From: a virus
Taxonomy: Duplodnaviria > Caudoviricetes
Direction: 5' to 3' (one strand)
IMG/VR virus record: IMGVR_UViG_3300027986_000008
Coordinates: 1-64,000 of that record
DNA: 64,000 nucleotides
Each line of letters starts with the position of its first letter. Within the stretch, counting starts at the first letter, position 1. Positions 25,519 through 34,548 of this stretch are shown here, one piece after another. The notes under the pieces were generated by a model. That model saw only the letters and a program-made list of their open reading frames with translations, searched no databases and was not told where the DNA came from. The position numbers were made by a program, and so were the translations under genes.

Positions 25519-26331
25519 ATGATCTTTCCGTCGTGGCATAGGTTGGTCGAGCAGTATCGGAAGCGAATGAATCGCCTGCTCTCTCCGCAGTTGTTCGACC
25601 TCATAAACCATCCGGAACTAGTCCAGTCCGCGAAGTTCCAGAAGGCCGCGTACGACGTGGCGCGCATGATGGCGGCAGAGGTTGCGGCCGTCAATGAGAA
25701 GTCCTGGAGAGCGGCTGCGATGAAGTCGAGCCGCGCGCGGAAAATCTTCGAGGCTCTCCGTGAAGAGATCGAAAGCCAGCATTTCGGCCACCATCTCTCG
25801 GCGATAGCCAAGCAAAACGCCGAGCTGATCTCCTCCGTCCCATTGGAGATCGGACAGAAGATAACGGCGCGGGCTGCTGAACTGAGGCTCCGCGGCGCTC
25901 GGTCCTCCGAGGTCGATAAATATATCCGGAAGCTCGCTCCCAAGCTCGTAGACAGCCGGATCAGGCTGATAGCGCGCAATGAGGTGAGCAAGTCCGAGAC
26001 GGATCTGACGAGGGAGCGCTCGGAGCACATCGGCATCGACTGGTATCAATGGGCCTCCTCTCGCGACTCTCGCGTCCGGGCCTCTCACAAGAACATGGAC
26101 CGAGTGCTAGTGGCCTGGGGCGATGCTCCAGATCCGGAGACGCTCGCCGGAGAGAAGTCGAGCGCCGGTCACTATCATGCCGGGCAGACGTACAATTGAA
26201 GGTGCGTTGCCCTGCCGGTGGCAGCGCTCGATGAGGTGAAGTGGCCAGCACGCGTCTACTCCGGTGGATCGATCAAGACGATGACGCGAGCGGCGTTCGT
26301 CAAGAAGTATGGCGAGAAGATAGCGGCATGA
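25519..26331 (+). CDS. Minor head protein (MuF / SPP1 gp7) with in-frame TGA at 26197-26199
   Basis: LIARNE, YQW.SS.D.RVR.SH, HAGQTYN*RC.ALP; the frame continues 43 codons past the TGA. Confidence 0.85.
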
Positions 26332-26503
26332 TGATCTGCACCAATTCCCCCCGTCTCCTCCGAGCGGGTGGAACTCCAGCCAGCGCAGCCGAGGTGGCAA
26401 ATCTCGGGGGAGGTGGTCGTCGAGGTTGCGCGCGGCTGGATCGTTTTGAACTGGTAAGGCCGCTGGCGGCATAAACTTTAAAACGAAGGACGGGGATATC
26501 TGG

Positions 26504-26788
26504 GTGCAAGGGGTCGCAGAGGTTCTTCCGTTTCTCAACACCGGAGTCGGTGGAGCTGTTGCAGTCGTCATAATTCTCCTCTGGAGAGCAGAGCGAAAGG
26601 ATTCTCGGGAACGAGAGCAGAAGACGCGCGAGCAGGCTGACAAGATGTATGGAGAACTCGCCCTGAACTTTCGGAAGATCGTAGAGGAGAACACGGAGGC
26701 CATAGCTCTCCTCCGGAGCACATTAGAGCGCGGAGTGACCGATTGTCCGTATACTTACGACGCTCGCCATCGCAGCAGCGGTGGCTAA
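26504..26788 (+). CDS. Single-TM coiled-coil protein (BhlA-like holin candidate)
   Basis: GVGGAVAVVIILLW followed by ERKDSRERE. Confidence 0.55.
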   Translation: MQGVAEVLPFLNTGVGGAVAVVIILLWRAERKDSREREQKTREQADKMYGELALNFRKIVEENTEAIALLRSTLERGVTDCPYTYDARHRSSGG

Positions 26789-26920
26789 ATGACTTCCAAG
26801 CCTAGATTGCACGTACTGGTCAGCCGGAGGCGAGGAATTCCGGTAAACCGTCACAAGAGACGCTAGTTGCGACCTGAAGAGTTTCCTGAAAAATGTCCGT
26901 GGGAACTAGGCTAAATTCTA

Positions 26921-27085
26921 ATGACTCTCTCCGAGCAGATCACGTGCGACTTCATCTGTAACGGCCAGTCCGTCCGAGCGCGCATAGGAATGAATCCGAC
27001 GTTCTCTCGCAGCTGGACGCAGTTCTTCCTATGGGTGGCCGATCTCGGAAGGAGAGAGGGATTGTTCCTCCGAGAAGTGAGATGA
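26921..27085 (+). CDS. 54-aa hypothetical protein
   Basis: MTLSEQITCDFICNG...; below the ORF-track cutoff. Confidence 0.35.
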   Translation: MTLSEQITCDFICNGQSVRARIGMNPTFSRSWTQFFLWVADLGRREGLFLREVR

Positions 27086-27104
27086 TGGCTATATCCAAGG
27101 ACGC

Positions 27105-27362
27105 GTGAGCATGAACGTTCCTCTCGCCTCTCTCAATCCGGTTATCTATCCCAACGGGATGATCGTCTTCGATTGTCCGAACTGCGCGGGAGACGACTTT
27201 CATAAGATCCGCGTGCCGGTAACGAAGGCGACGGCGAACCGGCACGGCTGCTGGTGGAAGATGTCCGGATCGTACGAAAACATCACGCTCGCTCCGAGCA
27301 TCGACGCCGGTTGCTGGCACGGGTACGTGACGAACGGCATGGTAACGCAGGTGAACGGATGA
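27105..27362 (+). CDS. DUF6527-like Zn-binding protein
   Basis: F.CP.C...W..SG...ITLAPSI...CWHGYVTNG. Confidence 0.7.
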   Translation: MSMNVPLASLNPVIYPNGMIVFDCPNCAGDDFHKIRVPVTKATANRHGCWWKMSGSYENITLAPSIDAGCWHGYVTNGMVTQVNG

Positions 27363-29947
27363 GCGCATTCCCGGTCATCTATCCCAGCGGCCTCGGCTGC
27401 CGCGTTAAACGGAAGACTCACGGCACCTGGGCGTCCCAGGGCGACGCCGACGCGTTGAAGGCGGGTCTAGTCCATCCAGGATTATCGGGAAGAATCTCGG
27501 CCACAGACTTCTTCGTCAACGCGGCCGCGCGCATTGGCTGGGGAACTCCCAGCGTGCCCGAGGGAGCGGACTATAAACTCGTCCGCCTCTCGAATAACTA
27601 CTGGTTGATGATCACCCTGTATCGCAACCACTGGATCACGAGGCGGATCATCGACGGTCCGGCCACGGACATGGTGCGAGCGTGGCCGAAGATCGTATCG
27701 GAGATGGACCCAGGCGACATCTCTAAGGTCGATCGACTGATTCAGCATACGCAGACGCGCCGCAACATACTCACGACGTTGAAGTGGGCGCGACTCTTCG
27801 GAGGAGCCGGTGCGCTTATCGTGATCGATGGCCACGAGGGAATGCTGGATAAGCCGCTCGACCTCGATACGGTAGAACTCGGAAGCTATCGAGGGTTGAT
27901 TCCTTTCGACCGGTGGACTGGCATAGTTCCGAGCGCCGAGATTTCGACGGACGTCACGAAACCGAGGGAGTTTAACCTTCCGGTGAGATATGACGTGACT
28001 CCGATCGGCGGTGGATCGCGGTTCACGGTCCACGCGAGCCGCATCCTCCGGTTCTGCGGACCCGAGGTGCCGTCGCCGGAATACCAGGCTCAGCAGTACT
28101 GGGGAATCTCCGTCATCGAGCCAGCATACGAAGAGATGAGGAAGCGCGACAACATGTCGTGGAACATCCTCGCCATGACGTTCCGCGCCTCGATCATCGC
28201 GATGAAGGATAAGAACCTCGCCCAAATGCTCTCCGGTGTCTCGATGAATCAGAACGCTCTCGTCCAATTCCAGGCGCGGATGCAGGCTATGAACGAGCTG
28301 CTGAGCAACCAGAGCATGCTGATCGTTCCGGAAGAGGGCGGCATGGATCACATCAGCTACTCCCTGACCGGATTCGCCGACGTCTACCAACAGTTCCAAC
28401 TCGACATCGCCGGTGCTACTGGAATGACGGTGACGCGGCTATTCGGCCGCACGATCACCGGCCTCGGGCAGACGAACGACGCGGATGAGCGCCTCTACGA
28501 AGAGCGGATCGCGATGGATCAGGAGGAGCAACTCCGACCGCAGATCGAGAAGCTCTATTCCGTGATCATGATGAGCGAGGTCGGAAAAGTCCCCGATGAC
28601 CTCCAGTTGAAGTTCCCTAGCGTCCGAGTCCTCTCCGAGGAGGAGAAGTCGAAGATCGCGACGGACTTCACGGCTAACGTCACCGGCATGGTGAATGCCG
28701 GAATCATGAATAAGCCTCAGGCTCTGAAGGAGATTCGTCAGCAGAGCGACCTGACCGGTTTCGGCTCGAACATCACCGATGAGGACGTCGAGCAGGCCGA
28801 GAGAGATGAGGAGTTGGGGCTGGCCGAGCCTCTCGGCGAGGAGGTCCGCAAGGAAGAGGTCCGCATGGGGGCCGACCCGGATGCGGATGAAGCCGAGAAG
28901 CACGATGCTGAGTCGATCGCGAATCTCGGTAAGGCCGGAGCAAAGGACTCGAAGGTCATCGACCACATCTCGTTTCATGGCGTTCCGATATCGATCGAGC
29001 ACAAGGCCGGGACTCGCCGCACGATCAGGAATGATCGCGGTGAGGTCGTATATGACCGCCTGCTTTCTCACGATTACGGCTTCATCGACAACACGACCGG
29101 TAGGGACGGAGACGAGGTAGACGTCATCCTCGCGAATCCTCCGGCCGCAAGCACCCGCAGCATATTCATCGCGAGCATGATCGACCTCGGTCCGGACGTT
29201 GAGAAGCGCAGCGACGAGGATAAGATCCTGATCGGTTTCCGCAATCTCGACGAGGCCCGCCGCGCATTCCTTTCGATGTATCCTCCGGAGTTCCTCGGCG
29301 GAATCGGACGGATGACGACGGACGAGCTGAAGGCTATCGTCGAAGATCCGAAATCGAGCGATCCGAAAGATCCTTTTGCATTTGCCTTCGATTCTGGTTT
29401 AACGGATGACGAACGCCGATTACAAAGACTGACGGATCGATTTGAGGAATCCGAGCATCCGCGCGAACGATCTGGGCAGGAAGCAGGACAGTTCACCAGC
29501 AAAGGCAGTGGAGGAGGCGAAGGTTCTTCGAAATCCGGTCACCAAAGCGAACGTGTTCAGCGCGCTATCCAGAGCCAAGTCCGCACCGGCCAACATGAGC
29601 AAGCTATCGCGGATCGAAGCGAAAAGGTTCTCAGCAAGCATATCGGCATCCCGCGCACGCGTGACAATTCCGCGTTCGACCTCCGCAACGATGAATATGG
29701 CATCGAAGTGAAGACTCTCGTGAATGGAAAGAACGAGAAGATCACGATGTCGAAAGCCGCGCTTGGACGTAAGCTAGCGGAGCAGCGAGCGGACGGAATC
29801 AAAGCATTTACCGTCGTTGTAGATAGGCGTTCTGGTGGCTTGACTGGAAACGCAACGTACTATGTGAAGGAAGGACTTGGTTCCTTCCGCGTATCCAGTA
29901 TGAAGAAGATGTCTATCTCTGATCTTAGGGAATTGGTATCGCGATGA
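27359..29947 (+). CDS. Portal protein (DUF1073 type) fused to a PPase-like domain and a C-terminal PD-(D/E)XK nuclease
   Basis: LYR..W..RRIID.PA.DM, WARLFGG, WG.S, RLFG..GL portal motifs; DYGFI..T.GRDGDEVDV and DEDK; HPR..GQF; AFDL...IEVKT. Confidence 0.88.
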   Translation: MSAFPVIYPSGLGCRVKRKTHGTWASQGDADALKAGLVHPGLSGRISATDFFVNAAARIGWGTPSVPEGADYKLVRLSNNYWLMITLYRNHWITRRIIDGPATDMVRAWPKIVSEMDPGDISKVDRLIQHTQTRRNILTTLKWARLFGGAGALIVIDGHEGMLDKPLDLDTVELGSYRGLIPFDRWTGIVPSAEISTDVTKPREFNLPVRYDVTPIGGGSRFTVHASRILRFCGPEVPSPEYQAQQYWGISVIEPAYEEMRKRDNMSWNILAMTFRASIIAMKDKNLAQMLSGVSMNQNALVQFQARMQAMNELLSNQSMLIVPEEGGMDHISYSLTGFADVYQQFQLDIAGATGMTVTRLFGRTITGLGQTNDADERLYEERIAMDQEEQLRPQIEKLYSVIMMSEVGKVPDDLQLKFPSVRVLSEEEKSKIATDFTANVTGMVNAGIMNKPQALKEIRQQSDLTGFGSNITDEDVEQAERDEELGLAEPLGEEVRKEEVRMGADPDADEAEKHDAESIANLGKAGAKDSKVIDHISFHGVPISIEHKAGTRRTIRNDRGEVVYDRLLSHDYGFIDNTTGRDGDEVDVILANPPAASTRSIFIASMIDLGPDVEKRSDEDKILIGFRNLDEARRAFLSMYPPEFLGGIGRMTTDELKAIVEDPKSSDPKDPFAFAFDSGLTDDERRLQRLTDRFEESEHPRERSGQEAGQFTSKGSGGGEGSSKSGHQSERVQRAIQSQVRTGQHEQAIADRSEKVLSKHIGIPRTRDNSAFDLRNDEYGIEVKTLVNGKNEKITMSKAALGRKLAEQRADGIKAFTVVVDRRSGGLTGNATYYVKEGLGSFRVSSMKKMSISDLRELVSR

Positions 29948-30231
29948 GCGTGGAACTGGCGAACGAGAAATATCTCGACGGCGATGAGGACGGATTGCTC
30001 GGACAGTTTGCGAGCAACCAAGGTTATACGTCTCTGATTAGCGCGGCACGGGGATACGAAACCCTTTCGCGGTTCTTCGCGGATGGTGCAACCGAAGATG
30101 TCGATCAGGTACGCGAGGAGTTAGAAGACCTCGCGGCTAGCGGACCTTCGGACGTTCGCTCGACCGCGAAGGCGCTACTCGACTTAACCGATGGTCAGGA
30201 CTGTCTGATTATCACAAACGGCGGATCATAG
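29944..30231 (+). CDS. Small acidic protein, putative immunity protein
   Basis: ATGA-coupled to the nuclease-tipped portal; rich in D and E. Confidence 0.55.
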   Translation: MSVELANEKYLDGDEDGLLGQFASNQGYTSLISAARGYETLSRFFADGATEDVDQVREELEDLAASGPSDVRSTAKALLDLTDGQDCLIITNGGS

Positions 30232-30251
30232 TCCGCGTCTGGAGAATCCCC

Positions 30252-31634
30252 ATGAAAAGATTTCTCACTGTCTTTCTATTCGTTGCGACCTCTATCGCAG
30301 TTGCTCAACCTGCGCCCTATCAGAACTGGGGCGGAGTCAATCAGTTTACCGGATGGCTCGACGCGACGATGGCCGGTCACTCGATGCCGTTTCGTACCGG
30401 AACCGGTTCGCCGGTATCGCGCGATGCGTGCATCCGAACGGGAGAGCCGTACTTCCAGACGGACGCCGCTGCGGGCCAGAATGTTTTCTTTTGCACCGCT
30501 GCCGGAACTCCGGGAACGTGGTTTCAGACGAACGTGCTCTTCGCTGGCGCGACCGGCGCTCTGAATCCGAAGACCGCGACGTATCAGGTGACCGCCAGCG
30601 ACTTCGCGAATCTATCCGTCATCCCCGTAGCATCCGGAACGTTTACCATCACTCTCGTGGCGAGCACCGCTCAACCGGCGGCAGGGCAGTACATCACGAT
30701 CTCGAACTACGGAACCGGTACGGTGACCGTCGCACGCAGCGGGCAGAACATCAACGGTGCTACCACGTCCCTCAGCCTTCCTCCGGCTACATCGGGGCAG
30801 AAGCCGATCTCCGTCCAGGTCTGGTCTGACGGCACGAACTACTTCGCCTCTGGAATCGCTGGTGTACCGGCTTCCCTTCCGGCTACCACGAGCGTGAACA
30901 GCACAACGATCCCAGCGTCCGCAACTCTCGCGACCGGTCCGGGGACTTCGACTGCGCATGATCTCACGGCCTTCGCAGACACGGGGGGAGCGACTACGGA
31001 AGACAGCGGCATCCTCACAGCGAATGTGGTAACTGCAGCCTCTGCCGCCGGAGCGGCGAAGCAGGTATGCACGGCGAGCGGGGCGTCGAAGTCGTGCAGC
31101 TATATCGATTTTCCGGAATCTAAGTTTTTCGGATCGGCGACGTGCAATAACGCGACCGCTACGGGATTATGGTCTACTCCCGCTTCTGGCGTGACGGCGG
31201 CATGCAGGGGCGGCACGAACAATAAGATCGGCGTGCTTCAGTTCGCCGCGTCAGGGGCAGCGCAACTCGCGATACATCTTCCGCTCGATTGGGATACCGC
31301 CACTAATCCCTACCTCAGCATCGACTTCACGCAAGGAGCGAGCACCACTACTGGACAGACGATCATCATGCAAGCGCAGGTCGCGTGCGGCGTCACCGAT
31401 GACACGGCGTTCAACACGGCTCAGGCGTTCGCTACCGCGACGAGTACGGCTACGGCGCACACGGAGTTCACGAAGACCGTGCAACTGAACAGCACGAGTA
31501 TGACGAACTGCGTAGCTGGATCATGGATGAACTTGCAGATCGTACGAAGCGGCAGTGACACGGCGACCACCGCCCCGAATGTGTACGGCGTGACGGTGAC
31601 GATTCCGCGATTGCTCACGGTTCAGGCAAATTAA
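30252..31634 (+). CDS. Signal-peptide-bearing Thr/Ala/Gly-rich fibre-like protein
   Basis: MKRFLTVFLFVATSIAVA-Q; shares domains with the 38958 and 59088 proteins. Confidence 0.75.
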   Translation: MKRFLTVFLFVATSIAVAQPAPYQNWGGVNQFTGWLDATMAGHSMPFRTGTGSPVSRDACIRTGEPYFQTDAAAGQNVFFCTAAGTPGTWFQTNVLFAGATGALNPKTATYQVTASDFANLSVIPVASGTFTITLVASTAQPAAGQYITISNYGTGTVTVARSGQNINGATTSLSLPPATSGQKPISVQVWSDGTNYFASGIAGVPASLPATTSVNSTTIPASATLATGPGTSTAHDLTAFADTGGATTEDSGILTANVVTAASAAGAAKQVCTASGASKSCSYIDFPESKFFGSATCNNATATGLWSTPASGVTAACRGGTNNKIGVLQFAASGAAQLAIHLPLDWDTATNPYLSIDFTQGASTTTGQTIIMQAQVACGVTDDTAFNTAQAFATATSTATAHTEFTKTVQLNSTSMTNCVAGSWMNLQIVRSGSDTATTAPNVYGVTVTIPRLLTVQAN

Positions 31635-31647
31635 ACTACGACGCAGA

Positions 31648-32055
31648 ATGATTCCGGTCCAGCAGAACCGAACGGGAATGTCCGGCACGTGCTTCTCTGC
31701 GTGCCTTGCCTCGATCCTCGAAGTTGGGTTAACGGCCATTCCGGAGTTCGGAGGAGATGACGTTTGGCTTCAGAACGTGACGGCCTTCCTCAGCGACTAT
31801 GGCCTGTATTACGTTCAGGTTCCGCCGGACGATCCGATTCTCGGCATCGTCTTCCGTCACGGCTTGACGTGGCATACGGTAGAGGGGATCAGCAACCGCG
31901 GAGGCCCGCACGCAGTGGTCGGTTGCAACGGCGACATAGTCCACGACCCTCACCCCGGCGGTAACGGCCTGAAGAAAGTCGAGTGCTTCGGATTGATCTG
32001 TAATAGGATGACGTCTTCCTTCCCTCGACAAAACGGGACGGGGATGTACTTATGA
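31648..32055 (+). CDS. C39-like cysteine peptidase
   Basis: Q......C..ACLAS, HAVV, HDP triad pattern. Confidence 0.7.
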   Translation: MIPVQQNRTGMSGTCFSACLASILEVGLTAIPEFGGDDVWLQNVTAFLSDYGLYYVQVPPDDPILGIVFRHGLTWHTVEGISNRGGPHAVVGCNGDIVHDPHPGGNGLKKVECFGLICNRMTSSFPRQNGTGMYL

Positions 32056-32414
32056 AGTTGACGGATCTCGACGCCACGTTCGTGAGATACGGCGAGAGCC
32101 TGCATGAGGTCGACACGACTAGCGGAAAGCGTACGATCATGCTGGAGCGAGAGATCCACGTAGTAACCCTCGGAGAGGCTCAGGGAATCCGATTCCAGTG
32201 CCCTCGGTGCTTCTCGACGTCCGGCCACTACGTCGGAGTATCGTTCGAAGGTCGAGGAGTTCCGGATCACCTGGGGTCTCAGGGAAGAAATGGTAAGCCA
32301 TCTCGATGGACGGTGTCCGGTACCGGGATCGAGGATCTATCGCTCTCTCCTTCGATCGACATCAGCGAGTCGTGCGGATGGCATGGTTTCGTCACGAATG
32401 GAGTAGCCTCCTAA
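32052..32414 (+). CDS. DUF6527-like Zn-binding protein (second paralogue)
   Basis: FQCPRC...WTVSG...LSLSPSI....CGWHGFVTNG. Confidence 0.7.
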   Translation: MKLTDLDATFVRYGESLHEVDTTSGKRTIMLEREIHVVTLGEAQGIRFQCPRCFSTSGHYVGVSFEGRGVPDHLGSQGRNGKPSRWTVSGTGIEDLSLSPSIDISESCGWHGFVTNGVAS

Positions 32415-32458
32415 TGCGAGGGCGGCAGCGCAAACTGAAGTACGGAGGATTTTGATCT

Positions 32459-32779
32459 ATGGCACTTTCTGGATTCGCTGTATCTGGAGCGGTGACGGTG
32501 GCGGTTCCTCCTCCGGTGGCGACCGGATTGGGAGAGCAGCCCGCAACGTTGGCTCCGATCCAACTCTCGACGATCGGCTCTGGTGCGACTCTCCTGGTGA
32601 CGAATATGGGCAGCAGCCCAGTGTTCGTGGCACTCGGTAGCTCCTCGGTCGCCGCAACACCACAGTCCGTGGTCGTTCCGTTAAACTCATCGCTGCCTCT
32701 GACAATCGGATCGAATACCTACGTGGCGTTGCTGGGAGCGCACGCGGGAAGCCAAGTTAACCTCGCGATCGGAACATAA
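32459..32779 (+). CDS. Small beta-rich virion protein
   Basis: GGAGG SD; LVTN.G..PVFV pattern. Confidence 0.6.
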   Translation: MALSGFAVSGAVTVAVPPPVATGLGEQPATLAPIQLSTIGSGATLLVTNMGSSPVFVALGSSSVAATPQSVVVPLNSSLPLTIGSNTYVALLGAHAGSQVNLAIGT

Positions 32780-32782
32780 TCC

Positions 32783-32983
32783 ATGCCTTTGACCGAGAAG
32801 GGCCGGGAGATCATGAGTTCGATGAAGAAGGAGTATGGAGAGAAGGAAGGCCAGCGCGTATTCTACGCGAGTACGAACTCCGGTCGCATCACCGGAGTCC
32901 ACGATGACGCCTCTGCCGATGCCTTCCGTAGTCGAATGCACCAAGCTCTCGACAGATTCCTCGATCTCGTCAAGGCTCGCTGA
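32783..32983 (+). CDS. Small head-associated protein
   Basis: MPLT.KG..IM..M..EYG...G..VFYAS.N.G.I.G motif. Confidence 0.65.
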   Translation: MPLTEKGREIMSSMKKEYGEKEGQRVFYASTNSGRITGVHDDASADAFRSRMHQALDRFLDLVKAR

Positions 32984-32989
32984 ACTCTG

Positions 32990-34543
32990 ATGGACTACTA
33001 CGTCGAAGAGATCCTCTCTGACAACATCGGACGGACGCCGGAAGGCTATCTGATCTGCCGCGACGTCGTTCTCGGCAGAACGGGCTTCCAGACGTACTCC
33101 GTCGGAGAGTTGCTCGATGCTGGCATCGAGCGCAACGAGCTTGAAGGACTTGGCATAGGCATGTCTGATCCGCGTTCGCCGGTCGACGTGTACCGCAGCG
33201 CAGATGAGGTCTTCTCTCCCGAGACGCTGGCATCAGCTCAGGGGAAGAGCGTGACTAACGATCATCCTCCCGGCGATCAGTACGTCAAGCCGGAGAACGT
33301 GGCGACGCTCGAATTCGGGCACGTCCAGGATGTCCGCCGCGGCGACGTTCCGTTAGAGACCGGAGATTGGCCGATGATCGGAGACCTGATCATCAAGCGC
33401 GAGCCTCTGATCTCTATGGTCGAGTCCGGACGGAAGCGCGGGACTTCTTGCGGATATAGTTACGAGCTTGACCGTGTCGGCGACAAGCTCGTACAACGAA
33501 GCATCATAATCAATCACGTAGCAGTTGTGCAGAAGGGCCGAGCAGGAGCAGAGGCCCGGATCAATGACTCAGCGCCTCCTGAATCGCATGAGGTGTTGGG
33601 AGACAAGGCCGGAACTAGCTCCACCGGCGAGAAAAAGGAGAAAGCCAAGATGGCAAAACCCAAAAACGTGTCGTGGGTCAATTATCTCCTCGGGCGCGGC
33701 CTGAAAGCGATCGCAGCGGACGCCGAGCCGGAGGAACTCGCCGAAGCGATGGACGCCATGAAGAAGGCGGACGACGACTTCCCCGAGAACCTGAAGAAGG
33801 AGAAAGAGGACCGCGAAGCGGAAGACCGGAAAAAGGCAGACGATGCGAAGCGCGCGGAAGATGCCAAGAGAGCGGAAGACGCAAAGAAGGCCGAGGATGC
33901 CAAGAGGGCAGACGACGCCAAGAAAGCGGACGACGCAAAACGAGCCGAGGATGCGCGAAGAGCCGAAGACGCGAAGCACGGATTTGACCGCGCGAAGCTC
34001 CACGACTCTCTCGACAAGATGATCGACCGGATGGTCCAGAAATCCAGGGACGATCACCAACTCGAAGAGGTTCCCGTGGAAGGCGAGGATGCAGATCTCG
34101 CGATGCTGCGCGAACTCCTCGACGAGTACTTCGGGGAAGAGCAGCAGGAGCCGGAGCATGCCGACGACGCACGTCCGCGAGCCGCCGACTCTCGCCGTGG
34201 CGGAGACGGCTTCGTACGGCCGGTTCCGGAGACTGGAGACCTGGTCGAGATGCCGCGACGCGGCACCGATCGGATGGCTCTCCTGAACGAGCTTCGCCCG
34301 CTCGTCGTGAAGTCGAAGGACTCGGCCATAAAGAAGGCGTTCAACGCCATCTTGAGAGCTGAGACGCGCGGCTCCGGCCGAGGAGACGGAACGTATGGAG
34401 GTTTCGCCTCCGCGGCACGGACGCTGGCTCATGACACCGGCTATGATCCGGAGTCTCGCACCGACAGACGCTCCGAAGGAGTAGACAAGCTCCAGGAAGC
34501 ATATGACCGGGAGCATTCCGGAAAGAAAGAGGGAGGTAAGTAA
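32990..34543 (+). CDS. Prohead protease/scaffold (DUF2213 type)
   Basis: TPEGYL, RTG.Q.Y, EVF, T.DHP, SCGY, NHVAVV..GRAG; charged C-terminal scaffold. Confidence 0.9.
   Translation: MDYYVEEILSDNIGRTPEGYLICRDVVLGRTGFQTYSVGELLDAGIERNELEGLGIGMSDPRSPVDVYRSADEVFSPETLASAQGKSVTNDHPPGDQYVKPENVATLEFGHVQDVRRGDVPLETGDWPMIGDLIIKREPLISMVESGRKRGTSCGYSYELDRVGDKLVQRSIIINHVAVVQKGRAGAEARINDSAPPESHEVLGDKAGTSSTGEKKEKAKMAKPKNVSWVNYLLGRGLKAIAADAEPEELAEAMDAMKKADDDFPENLKKEKEDREAEDRKKADDAKRAEDAKRAEDAKKAEDAKRADDAKKADDAKRAEDARRAEDAKHGFDRAKLHDSLDKMIDRMVQKSRDDHQLEEVPVEGEDADLAMLRELLDEYFGEEQQEPEHADDARPRAADSRRGGDGFVRPVPETGDLVEMPRRGTDRMALLNELRPLVVKSKDSAIKKAFNAILRAETRGSGRGDGTYGGFASAARTLAHDTGYDPESRTDRRSEGVDKLQEAYDREHSGKKEGGK
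33830..33976 (+). repeat. Degenerate 18-bp tandem repeat (KKADDA/KRAEDA, about 8 copies)
   Basis: Visible in the translation of the scaffold region. Confidence 0.85.
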
Positions 34544-34548
34544 CCACC

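Noticed and set aside
25397-25522. Small TM ORF MPI*NLKR...LLFR with an in-frame TGA
   Set aside because: No SD or recognisable family; it cannot be distinguished from chance or a remnant.
26377-26420. c-di-GMP-I riboswitch (GGCAAA)
   Set aside because: The second stem and tetraloop-receptor architecture are absent.
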